This document shows, one piece after another, positions 14,201 to 26,200 of a stretch of 64,000 bases of DNA (within the stretch, counting starts at the first letter, position 1; each line of letters starts with the position of its first letter). Below the pieces are notes generated by a model, which saw only the letters and a program-made list of their open reading frames with translations, made no database searches and had not been told where the DNA came from. The DNA is from Camelus dromedarius. Lineage: Eukaryota. The stretch spans positions 62,001 to 126,000 of the forward strand of contig NC_087438.1 in NCBI RefSeq assembly GCF_036321535.1, in the 5' to 3' direction. A program made the position numbers and the translations under genes.

Positions 14201-17200
14201 AAACAAAAGGAAACTTAATCTGCTTTTGAAGTTGTTCTGGTTTGGCTCAGTTTAACAGTGAGGTGAACGAAAAAGGACGACAAAAACTTGGAGGGGTGAA
14301 AATAAGTTTTCATCTTCATGCATGAGAAGCACACATCTAACTGAGCTGAAAAATTTCAGGAGCACTTTTCTCTCCTGCCAAAGGGTTTTCTAGATGCATT
14401 AAGCGGGAAAGAAAGGCTGTTACCCATGTTTCTCCGAAAGAACTGTAAGTATGGATGCAGAGACAACAGATGCGCCTTGGCCGAGCAGCCCAAGCTCGCC
14501 CACAAGCCTCCTTGCTCACTCACACTCTGCCTGTACTGCATCTGAATGGAGGAACCAGGGTAGGAAAGCTAAGTTTGTTGTCATTAAAACTACAGGAGAT
14601 ATTTTTTTTAGGTTGACACGATCTTTTCTGGTTTAGCCGTGGTTTAGAATAAACAAAACTCTTACTTCCAGCTGAAAGCATATTTCAGCATGGGGACACC
14701 AGTCTGTGCTGATGGTGGTTAACATCAGTTTTACACACTTTTTATCGGGCACCTTCAAAGAACTGAAAGAACTAAAGAACTGAGTTCACCCAAGCTGCCT
14801 TAAAAACCAATATTTCATTGTCAGTTTGCATTTTGTATTAAAAGATAAAAAGCTTTGAAGTCCTTTCAAGATGAAATACACTGTTACCCTTGTGGACTAA
14901 TTGGTGAGTTAGATTCACAGTAACGTTCCATTGACAAACAAAGAAAGCAGATAAGCAGAAATGTGGGGGCTTTGTGCTGTGCCACCGCTGATAGAGAACT
15001 GGTTGACGTTTACATGTGGTGTCCCCCAGCCCTGGCCTCAGCCCAGAGACACAGCCCACCCTGGCTAGCCTCTTCATCCTCTGCACCTCCACACCTGCCC
15101 CTTGCTTCCTTTACTTCTTTGGTAGGTCCGTTTCCCCTTCACCCTGAGGGCAGGGCCGTGTGTGTTGACCGACCACTGCAGGATCAGCAGGTGAGCAGTA
15201 AGGTGGGGTCACTCCCTGGTCACTGCTGGCACAGTGGGCTCCTGAGCCCTGGGAAAGCCTTGATCCGGGACCTTGTGTTTGTAGCTGCTTCTGTCCTGGG
15301 TAAAGACCAAGTGAACATGAGCAAGGGCTTCCTGTGTGTATCCATCATTACCTAAAGGTAATGCTGCATGGAAAGCTCCTCCCAGGACTTTTACAGCTCC
15401 TGGGTTTTGAGCTCCTTGATGAGGCTATGAAATGCAAGAAAGGATAACTGAGGACTCTGCTTTTAGACGTTTTGCATGCACTTGACCATGAGGAGAAATC
15501 AACAAGCCCCCAGAGACAGAGGCAGTGGGTGGCCATCCCCTCAACCTCAGGCTCAGACCACTAACTGCCCAGCCTCCAAGCACAGAGTGAAATAAGGAGG
15601 GATTCCATGTCACCGTCAGTCATTTGGAATTTGTGTTGGGTCAGAGAATGGTGGTGTTAACACAGCACTTGCTCCTCCATGTCTTCACCCAGAAGGTAGC
15701 TGGGGCCCATGGGACTTGGCTCAGGAGGCAGAGTGGGGCTGCCTTGTCCTCTGTTCTCATGCCCCTCGCAGCCTTGCAGGGGTTCCTTCCCAGAGGTGGG
15801 GTCAGCAGGCTTGCAGTGAAGGGCCAGACAGAAAGCAGCTGAGGCTTTGAGGGACCGTTGGGTCTGGGTCCTAACTCCTCGCCTCTGGCTGTGTCACAGC
15901 AGTGACCGTGGGCAATACACAGAATGAGGGTTGCTGCATTCCAATGAACTTTACTTATGGCCACTAAATTTGAATTTCAGATAATTTTCACATGTCACTG
16001 ACTAGTGTTTTTTTCCCCAAGCACTGGTTCCATGGTTTGCCAGCCCCTGAGCATCAGGTAGAGAGCTGGAGGTCACCAGGGTGCCCCCCACACCCCTGGT
16101 GACGTCCTGGGTACCCCATCTGCTGGGTGGAGGCTGAGAGGCAGCCTCTGCAGAGAGCACCCAGAGGAAGAGTCTGAGTGCATCTGGTGGAGGGCGACTC
16201 ACCAGAAGATAAAACAAGCCAATTCTGTGAAGTCGGGCTGACTCAGGGGTAAGAGGGGGGCCACCGTCATGCCTGCAAAATTGATGCGGCCTCCTAGGCC
16301 TAGCCTGCAGCAGAAGAAGGTGTGCAGGAAGAGAGGCAGGCAGTCCAGGTGTGCAGCTCCTGTGGGAGAGTGGCCAGCAGGAAATGGCCCCCACCTGCCC
16401 ACTCGGCTTCCCCACCTCTGAGGAAAGGCGCTCTGATGTTCTGTCCGGGGAGGACTGGTTTTAGAAATGCTTGAGAAGTTATGTTTATTTGATTTTGTTG
16501 TCTAACCTAAGGTTGCTTCTGTCTGTGATTTGTTTAATGCCAAGCCTGGATAGGAAAGCAGGCCCCTTAAAACATGATTAAAATGGGGAAATGAGATCCT
16601 GCTTGAACAGAAAAGGGAATCGTGTTGATAAAAGGCCTGTGGCTCTGGAGCTGAGGGCTGCAGGGCGTGTTGGCGGGGAGGGTGCAGGTCTGCTGCTCGT
16701 CCCCGGAAGAGAGCCTCTGGTGGGCCGTCTCAGATGCCCACTTGGCACCTGCGTGGCCAGGCCCCCTCCTGAGGCCCAGCCCTCCGTCCTTGCAGCCACT
16801 CTGTGTAACCGCTGAGGGAACGGAGGTGAGACCCCGCGAGCGCCGGGCCTCGCCTCTTCCTCACACCTCGGTCCCCCGGACACACGCCAGGGACCTGCGG
16901 GGCTCGATGGGCAGGTGTGGGGGGGTCCCGAGTCCTTCCCGCAGAGCAGCCTCTGCCCACCATACTGCCAGCCAGCTGGTCTCAGCGAGTCCCTAAACCT
17001 CGCGCTGGTCTGGAGTCTGGGTGGGCCTGAGGAGCGAGGATCAGTTTTAAGGCGAAGTAGGTGGGGTGTAAGCCTTCCTTGCTCAGGGTGGACTCGGGGG
17101 TGGACTGGGGCATCTGATGCAGGAGGAGAGTAAAGGAAGTGCAGCCTCTATCTGCTCGGCCCCAGAGAAGCGGCGTACCAGCTCCCCGCTGGCAGAGTGT

Positions 17201-20200
17201 CCAGCGCTGGTGGATTTCCAGTGATTACACGCCAGCTTTAGAATTATCAGTCAGAGATAGCGTGATGCAGCCTCAGTAAGTCATGTGTAAATTCAGAGAA
17301 GACATTTTCAGGGTTTATTTGGAATCATTATTTTCTGGATTCACCTGCAAGGCCTGTTACAGAAAGTACAGCCCTGAAGCTTGAACCCTGAAATAGCTCC
17401 TTTGTTTTGGCATCCTCCTAATTTGGCCCCGAAAACTGAAAAGTGTTGGTACCATGAAAAAACAAAGTCTGTGGATGAAGAAACTCTGTGTGGAAATGTT
17501 TCTGGAACACTGTCAGTCCCCCCACCCCTGGAAATACAAACACCTAGAGCCACCAAGCCAACAGGGAGGCTGGAGCCCCGGGTTCTGCTCCCACCCCTCC
17601 CCCCAGGCTAAGTCCACCAGAAAGCTCCAGCTCAGGATGCACCCATGTGTCTGCACACAGCTGGTCCTGCAGGTGCACTTATCAGGAGGGCACCTCAGTG
17701 TGGGTGTGGCTACCCTCGTGGGAGGGGTCCCAGATGCTGCAGGCACCAATGCCCTGGCTCCCAGAGGGCATCACATCAGCTTCATCTGGGATCTGGGGTG
17801 CTGCCCAGCTCGCGGCAGAGGGAGGGGTTCGAGGCGGAGCATGGGTCTGCTTGCAGAGCTTCTGCTCAAACCGTGTGTGCGCTGCCACCACGTTTCCTTG
17901 CCAGGAGCCACTCCTGGTGCCAGTGGGTGGGGGCGTGCCATCCTCCCAGGGAGGCAGAGATCCGTGGATAACTGTCCCCACAGAGGGTGTGCAGTTTCTG
18001 CCGGCTCCGTGCCCATGTGGAAGGCAGGTCCTCTCTGTCCAGCACCCTGCAGGACCGGTGTTCCTCAGAAGGGTCTTCCACGTAAATTCAGCTCCTTTAC
18101 AGCCTGAGCGTCTTGGTCATAAGATTTGGTTAGGCATTTCCCTGCCTCCCTCTTCTAAAGATGCTGTAGGTGTAACTCAACTCCGTGAACGGTCCGGGCG
18201 ACCACATGGTGCACTGGCTGGGAGCAGACCCTGGTTTTGGAGACATGGGCCCAGAGGACAGCTAAGCGCTAAGTGAGAGTCTGAGCTTACAAGAGAGCTC
18301 TCCTGGGTTAGGGAGGCTGAGAAGTGTCTGTGGAGGGTGTGCAGTGAGCCACTACAGCCTGGGGTCAGTGCTGGGAGCACTGGCCAGAGAGAGAAGACCT
18401 CAGCCCAGGAAAGGCCCAAAACTGGAGGCTGGACTGGGTGGTCCAGCTCCTGCCTCCTCAGCCCAGGACAAGCAGGCCACACCAATGTGGATCTTGCCCC
18501 TGGGCCCTCCATTCAGAGGCAGCTGCAGCAAGACCATCCTAAACCTCCAGTCCCCTGTAGAACGGACGCCTCCCACCCTTGGGGCCCTTCACACAGGGAC
18601 GTCACTAGAGCGGCTCCTCTGTGCATCTCGGACGCGGAGACCTGCCGGCATCTAAGACTGGCAGGTGACAGAGGCTGCCAAGGCTGCTTCCAGAGTCTGG
18701 CAGTATTTCTGCTCCTTGTTATGAAGCCCCTGCCCTGATTCATAGTTCACTGAATCCTTAGAAAACAACTCCTGGGCATCTGCTCAGAGGAGCCAGAATT
18801 TCCCTGGAGACAGCTGCCTTCTGCATCTGTCTGGACACCTGCAATGTGTTTAATTAAAGACCACATCTCTGTTAGGCCTGCTGCTTCCTCCACAGGCCGG
18901 TAACCTTAGCAGTGTTGCCATGGCTCACTGACAGAGCTGTGGCAGGTCTAGTCCAGGAAGGAAGTCGCGGATGCAGGAGTCCTGATCAACATCTGCACAA
19001 GACCCGTGCTGTTAGTATCAGAAAGGAGAGCAACGAGCTCAGACAACAGGCTCCTTCAGAGGCTCTACTCGCTGCTATGAAATTTACGGACCCTTAGTTT
19101 GAATACGGAAGAGCTGGGAATAGCCTAGTCTGCTTCCTTTCCTGAGAAGAACACCGGCGGGGCCCCGTCCAGCACTTGTATTTTCAGATGAAGGTCCTGG
19201 TCCTTAGATTGAAATTTTGCTTTTGAGATTTTAAAAACACCTTAGGCTTAAATACAAAGTTGTTTTTTAACATTTGCATGTCTATTTATTTTAACACTTT
19301 TTTGTTTTTAGTCTGATAGAAAAAATTGTATGCAGTGTTTAATATCATAATTTAATAACTATGTAGTATTTAATAATGTAGTATTTCATTACACACTGCA
19401 CTTTTAAAAGTTTCGAGTTAGACAGTATTTTCTCATGACTGTCTCTGCCGTCTCCCTGCGTTTCTGGAGTTCTGTCCAATGGCTCCTCCCACTGCAGAGT
19501 GGCCGAGAGCAGCTCTCGATGAAAAACAAGGCTGCAGAAGTGAGAGGTAGAGTCCAGGGAGGTGCACGGCAGGAGTGAGGTAAGTGTGGGCGTGCTGAGT
19601 GTGTTTGTGTACATGCCTGTGCTTCATGCTCATGTGTGTACACATGTGTGTGCATGTGCATGTGTGCAGGGAGGTGAAGGTGCAGGGCACTGTTTTGTGT
19701 GTGTACATGTATGTATGTGTGTGTGCATGTGGGGAGACCGAGGCACAGAGTGCAGTCCGGTCCCCTTGTCCTCCCCTTGGGTTTGCTCAGTGTGCACTGT
19801 GGATGGCAGGCTGGAATGTGCGGCTTTCTGGGGCCTGCCCGCCAGGACGTGCTCTCAGGCTGTAGAAGTTAAACACAATGGGCTGATTATCAGTCTGTAA
19901 GCCAACTCCAGCTCTGCCTTCTCTTGCTGCTGGAGGAGGGGTGTGCCCAGTGGGACAGCCCCTCGTGCCCCCAGGGCACTTCCTCCCAGGACCTAGCTCA
20001 CACCGACAACTGCTTAGCCCACTGGGCTCTGCCGGACTTGCTGTTCTCAGCTGATTGCCCCCATCCCAGGCACCCAGGCACCCAGTCCCTGGCCCCATCC
20101 TGTCCTCCTTGTGGGTTCCTGGACAGCCTCTGGCCATTGCGGGGGATTGGGGGGGCCCTGCAGGAAGGCAGAAGGAATCCCTGGAATGCTTCTTGCCCAC

Positions 20201-23200
20201 ATCTGCACTCTGCTTCCATGGTGAGGCCGGCCTGGACCCCAGGCACTGCTATCTGCTGTGCTCCCACGTGCCCTTCCTGCCTGGGGTCTGGCCTTGTTCC
20301 CTGGGGTCAGTTTTGAGGGTCCTCTCCACCTCAGATTGTGAGTCAGTGAAAGGCAGGGTCACCTTGAGCAGGGGTTTCTGGGAATGTTGGTGTGGACGGG
20401 GGTAGGGAACTAGGCCAGGCGTGGGCATCCTGAGGCTTCAAGCCGGACATGCCTGGTGTGGGAGGGGGCTCTGGCCAGATCACAGGGGTGTCTGTCATGG
20501 CTCACCTGGATGCCCCGCAACTTAGTATTCCAGGTGGGGCTGCAGCATGAGACCCAGGTTCCAGGTGGGCCAGGTTTTCTGGGCTTCAGAGAGGACAGGT
20601 GTCAGAGGAAAGGCAGAAAGCTGTGCTCTTTCTGCAGTCACCACCCTGGGCTCAGTTACAACTGAGAGGTTTAAAAGGCAACTGTTGAATGGGCTGTGGG
20701 GTTGGGAGAGAAGGGGTCTCAGTGACATAGGGCTCCCTGGAGCCCCCTGCCCAGCTGCTGGCACCCAGAGTCTCCCGGAGGCTTCTTGTGCCAGTTTTGG
20801 TAGAACAGGGCCAGGAAGCTGTGTGTCAGGGAGCTCGACGTTTGTGGACAAAGCTCTCACCAAGGCCCAAGGTCTCTAAACCCTGTCAGAGAGATTAGGG
20901 TGCGTGATTAGGACGCTCTTGGTGATCCCGAACTCTGACCTCTCCCTCCCCGTGCAACTTTGGGCCAAAGGAAGCTCCACCCCTTAGAAGCATCTTCAGC
21001 CTCCCCTGCTGGGGTGGGGCAGGGAATCCCTAACGAAGCAGCCTACCAGTGGAGAGCAGGGCCGGTACAGACAGATTGGTTGTAGACAGGCTAGCACGCC
21101 AGCCCAGCTGGGAGACTAAGCTTTCCAGACAAGTTTTCTTTGACTCAGAGGTGGCTTCCTGGTCTCCACACACAGGAAACAGAGCCGGCCATCAGTCCCC
21201 TTGGGCAGGACACCACGACCATCGCTGGGTGCTTTCAGGAAGAGGCCTCTCTTAAGAGCACCTGAGTGGCTGGAACCAGGTCGGCTGCCCAGAGCAAGTC
21301 TCCTGGGGAGTGTGGGTTTCACCCCCACAGGGCTGAGAAAGTGGCTATTGATGGAAAGTGGGCCAGAGCGAGGCCCAGTGTGGACGCCCCTCCATGCCTG
21401 GGGCCCCTGCTCAGGGGAACTGCAGGAAGGGCTCCAGTGCCCCATGGCGGGTGCCTGCTGCCCCCACATCCTGATTTTTGTGTATAAAATCTGGCCAGAG
21501 GCAAAGGCCACAGTGGTGAATTAAACAGTTACCTTGACCTTGTGGGATGGAAGTGCCTAGCTGACAGACCCCCCTCAGATGGTCCCATCCTAGGCTGTCG
21601 CCACCAGGGGTATCATGGGGCTGATCAGGGGGCTGCAGGCGGGGCCTTGATGACCACGGCCCCCACCCCACCCACCACTCAGGCCTTGCCGTGTTCTGCT
21701 TGCTTTTTGCACCCCAACGTCCGCTCCCTGTGGATTCTCAGGACGAGGTGACTGGCTGGGTCCAGAGAAGCCCCCGCCTAGCTGATGGTTGTGGACAGGA
21801 CTGTGCCACACAGCTGCCTGGTTCTCCCCTCACCCCATCTGAGACCCCACTCTGTGTCCTAGACACCCCTACTGTCCCTGGGTGCAGTGACCCAGGTATC
21901 AAGGGCCCGCCACAAGACTGAGCATCTGGGCTTCTTGGTCACCTGGGGTGGTCACAGGGCAGGCATCCCGAGGTGGCTGTGCTGCTGCCTCTGACATTCT
22001 TGCACTTTCTGTCCCCATGGGGACATCGCACCCTGACTGTCCAGCAGTCTGTCGTCTTGGTGCCTTCCCTGGGGCCCTCAGTGAGCTCCTGCAGACCCTC
22101 TCCCAATGTGTGGGTCACCCTGCCTGTGGCTGCTGGCGACCAATGGCTCTGTCCTGGGCCCACACCTTTCACTCCCTCTCTGAGACGCTGCACTTGAATT
22201 AAAATGAGAGCCCTGAGGGGCAGTCTGGTAGGCTGGGCTCGGCCACGTCTTTCCAGCCAGCCAGGCAGGCCCTAAATGGGTGCCCCATTCAGCTGGCATC
22301 ATTTACGTCCTCACACACCTGCAGAGAGAAAACATCCCTTTCCTGTGACATTTAGCTGGTTCTTGCCTCCGGAGGAGAAGCAGTTGTTTCCAGCGTGTGT
22401 CCTTCCTGCATCTCTACGACAGGCCCCCCACGAGGCTCCCAGCCCCTGTCGTCTCATCGCCAGCACTTGCAAGGTCTAGAGGGTCATGGGGAGGGCCTGT
22501 GCACTGAGACCTCGTCATCTCCCCCAGGCCCTGCGCTGGGAGGAGCCTGCTGAGTCGGGGGCACTGCTGTGACGAGAAACGATAATCGCTCTCGTGTCAG
22601 TAAAATTTTACTAAAGTTCATGGGGAAAATACATCCATCATTGAAGACCGAAGCTTTCAAATGTTTTCCCAGGCATAAATTTCCTGTTGTTAAAATGCAA
22701 AGGCAGCTCTGCTGTTGGCCAAATGACGGGAATTCCCAGTGCAGCGGAAGGGAAGTCACATGCTTTTACACCAGCGCTGGGTGAGCTGTCCCACTAACTG
22801 TGTCACACTGGTCACAGCCTAAGCCACGGTGAGGTTTATGGTCCAGTAAACAGGCGCAATCCTGAGTCCTGAAGCCGACTTGTGTTCGTGTGAGTGCGCT
22901 TGCTTCAAATTGGAACCCTGAGTTACCTCCGGAGAAGTCAGCCCTTTCCTTTCTACCAAGTCACTGGCATCTCTCACTTGGGATATTTTGACAGTTTGCT
23001 AGGTTTTGGTGGATGAGTGAGTTACAGCTAACAGAGAGCGGAAGCAGGTGGAAACAGAAGTGCTCGGTGGACATTCTCCCACCCTGTGTCCATGCCCTCC
23101 TCATCCTCTGCACCCGAACAATTTTAAGATTTGCCCACACATACTTCTCCTGGGTCAGTACTTATGTACACGCACACATGCACACACACACTCGGCCAAG

Positions 23201-26200
23201 CAAACATCAGGGAGCTGATGCTAAACAGGAAATATTCCACGTGATGGAAACTTACCCTTGAAGATACTCAAACAACATTCTCTTTTTAAGCATTCTTATG
23301 GAAATCTTTCTGAAACATACTGTATACTTTCCTGTTTTCTTAAGTGGAATCGAATATATTCCAGGTAACTTGGTTTTGCTGTGATGTGGTAGTTTTTGCC
23401 TCTCTGCCCGCGGGCTCCTGTATGTCTGCTACTTCCTCATACAATTTGTATGTCCTAAGCACACTAAGTTGTCTGAGTCGTGTGCAGGTGGAAACGGTTT
23501 CCTGTACCCATGGCTCCAGCCTGGGGCCGCCCTTCATGCTTCGAGTGGTTTGTATCTGTTCTGGGGTGCAGACCCTAGACGTCTGCTCTGGTCAGGTACC
23601 TGGCTTATCCACCAGAACCCCCTCCCAGGGCAGGAAGGGCACCATCCTCAGAGTGACTGGGGGCTCTGTCAGTGTCCTGAGCGCAGCCTCATGTTGCCAG
23701 CTCTCCCTGGACAAGAAGTGCCCAGAGAGCAGTGTCAGCAGGAGGGGCTGTGCACGCAGGGGAGGCTGGAGAAGTCGCTCCCTTGGCTTTCCCAGGGATT
23801 CCTCGACTTACATGCCCAGAAGTAGCCTCACAGCCGGCAGGCAGCTCCCCTTGGCAGCTCTTGCCCAGCCAGGCTTTGAGTAGGGATGGCCACACAGGGC
23901 GTGGGGGCTGAGTGTGGGGCCTGACTCAGGCACGGCGGGAACCAAAGGGCAGAAAAAGGCCATGGAGGCCGCCATTGCCCCATAGGTGACCAGGGCTGTG
24001 GGATCTCGGTGAGTGGCGGTCCCTCCTCCTCACACTGGGCAGTTTTCAGAAGGTGAGCCGGTGAGACAGAGGCTGGAAGGCTGCTGACCACAGCTAACCT
24101 AGAAGCAGACCGGCCCCGTGGGTCTGGGAGAGGAATTGGCCTGGGTTTGGGCAGCTGAGTGGCAGGAAGATATCTCTCCCCAGGAGGGCCCAACATTTGC
24201 ATTTCAGTTCAAGGGAGGTCCTTCAAGACTGTCCCCAGGATCACATCCCACTTCTTCCTGCCAGTCTCTGTCTCAAGTAAGCATTTGCTTCCAAGGAGGG
24301 TGGGTCCTGCCCCTGCTCGGAACCAGCTCTGTTCAGTCCCTGCACTGACGTTTGGTCCTAAATCAGGTGTGATGTGGGCCCTTGGAAGTCAGAGCACATG
24401 GGCACTTTTGGGATGCAATAGTGTTTAGAGTATTCCCATGGCCAGAGGAGTGGCCCTGCCTAGTGGGGAGGCAGCCGTGTGGAGAGGGAGCAGACAGGAG
24501 GCCTGTGCGAGGGACAGGAGGGAGTGGAGCCGGTCCCAGCAACTGGACTGATCCAGCAACGCATGGCTCCCCAGGTGCTGTGTGGCCTGGCCCACTGGCA
24601 GGACAGACGGCTTCTCTACTAGTCCTCATCCACTGCAAACCCAGAGGATTCCTATTTTATTTTCAATTTTCTTGAGATTAGCCATTCAGAAGAGTCTGCG
24701 ACAGTAACCATTGTTCCTTTAAAAGTTGATTTTGCAATTTTAACCTCTTTGGCTTCTGTTATTTGTGGCCTTGTATGTCTTCTCCAAACGAATGAGCCTG
24801 GTGGTATCTCCTCAGGAAATGTTACATCTAAAAATAGAATTAACATTTTTTAAACTAAAAAGCATTCTGTCTCTACATAGAAGCATGTTGCACCAAACAT
24901 TTAAAGAGGGATTCAGACACCAATGATACTGTTTTCCAAATGGCTGCATGAGCACAATCCTGTGGTTTTGAGGAAGGCTGCCATAATGCTTTCTGTTTAA
25001 CTTTTTAAAAATCATCAATATAAGTAAAATGTTTCCTGGGATGAAGTTTTCTGACTATAAAATGGGACATGGACCAGCTCTGACCTCCCCCAGGGCCCCG
25101 ATTCCCTGCGCAGACTAGGAGTGCCGGGGAGAGGGACCAGGGAAGGGAAGGCCCCCAAGAAAGTGCACAGGCTCCCAGAAGAGCCTAAAACGCAACATTT
25201 AAGGTGCATATTTCAGAATTTGATGGGATGGAACTTAAGTCAAACCTAAACTCACTTGTGCCTTGTGTAATAAGGGACAGTCGTCACTCACATGTGTTAG
25301 ATAGGGTTCCCCACTTAGGGACAGGTGTCAGGTGTACCTGTCACGATGTGCTTCTGCTCTGTGATGACGTGAGGACCAACAGCAGGAGCCCTGCTCTGTG
25401 CTGGGGGTTCGCCAATACCTTCTTCATTTCACAAAGATGATTCACCTTCCCGGACTTGAGACAGGCGCCTTCAGAGCGGACACTTAAGTGCCAGCCTGGG
25501 AGAGTGTCCAGTGCACCTGTTCCTAACTTCCGGAACCTCTCTTTCCTTTCAGGACCTGGAATCCCTTGACACCTGTATTCAGAACACACTCTCTGCTCTC
25601 TACCCACCTTTTGAGGCCACGGCAGCCACGGTGCTCTGGCAGCTGTTTAGTGTGGCCGAGAAGCTCTACGGTGGGGACGGGCTGCGCTGCCTCACGGACT
25701 TCCTCGTCCCAGCCAAGAGGGCTCTACAACACCTGCAGCAGGAAGCCTGTGTAAGTACCTCCCTTGGGGGTGGAACCCATGAGCCCCTCCCTCGGGGGAG
25801 TGGAACCCGTGAGCCCCTCCCTCGGGGGTGGAACCCGTGAGCCCCTCCCTCTAGGGGGTGGAGCCCGTGAGCCCCTCCCTCGGGGGTGGAGCCCGTGAGC
25901 CCCTCCCTCGGGGGAGTGGAACCTGTGAGCCCCTCCCTCGGGGGGGGTGGAGCCCGTGAGCCCCTCCCTTGGGGTGGAGCCCGGGACCCCTCCCTCGGGT
26001 AATACAGCCTATGTGAGATCCTCCAGCGGGGAACCCCTTACATTTTTGACTAGTTTAGAGACAGGCAGTGCTTTATCTGGTACTTGGAGAGCATTTAATC
26101 TGAACAGTATGAATTTTAGATCCAAGGAAATATGCTGGTGAAGGGGCAAAGGAGAGTGTGCTTCTGTGCGTTTCAAATTAATCCAGGAATTAAGCAGATG

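Noticed and set aside
12704..24700. Many 100-220 aa ORFs in intron 1 (e.g. 12704-13375, 17454-18107, 17647-18276, 23344-23883)
   Set aside because: No recognisable domains; composition typical of GC-rich noncoding DNA; overlapping frames.
25758..25998. Regularly spaced ~30-bp repeats resembling a CRISPR array; CCTCCCT resembling the PRDM9 motif
   Set aside because: Head-to-tail units with no unique spacers in a mammalian intron; the PRDM9 motif is specific to human alleles.
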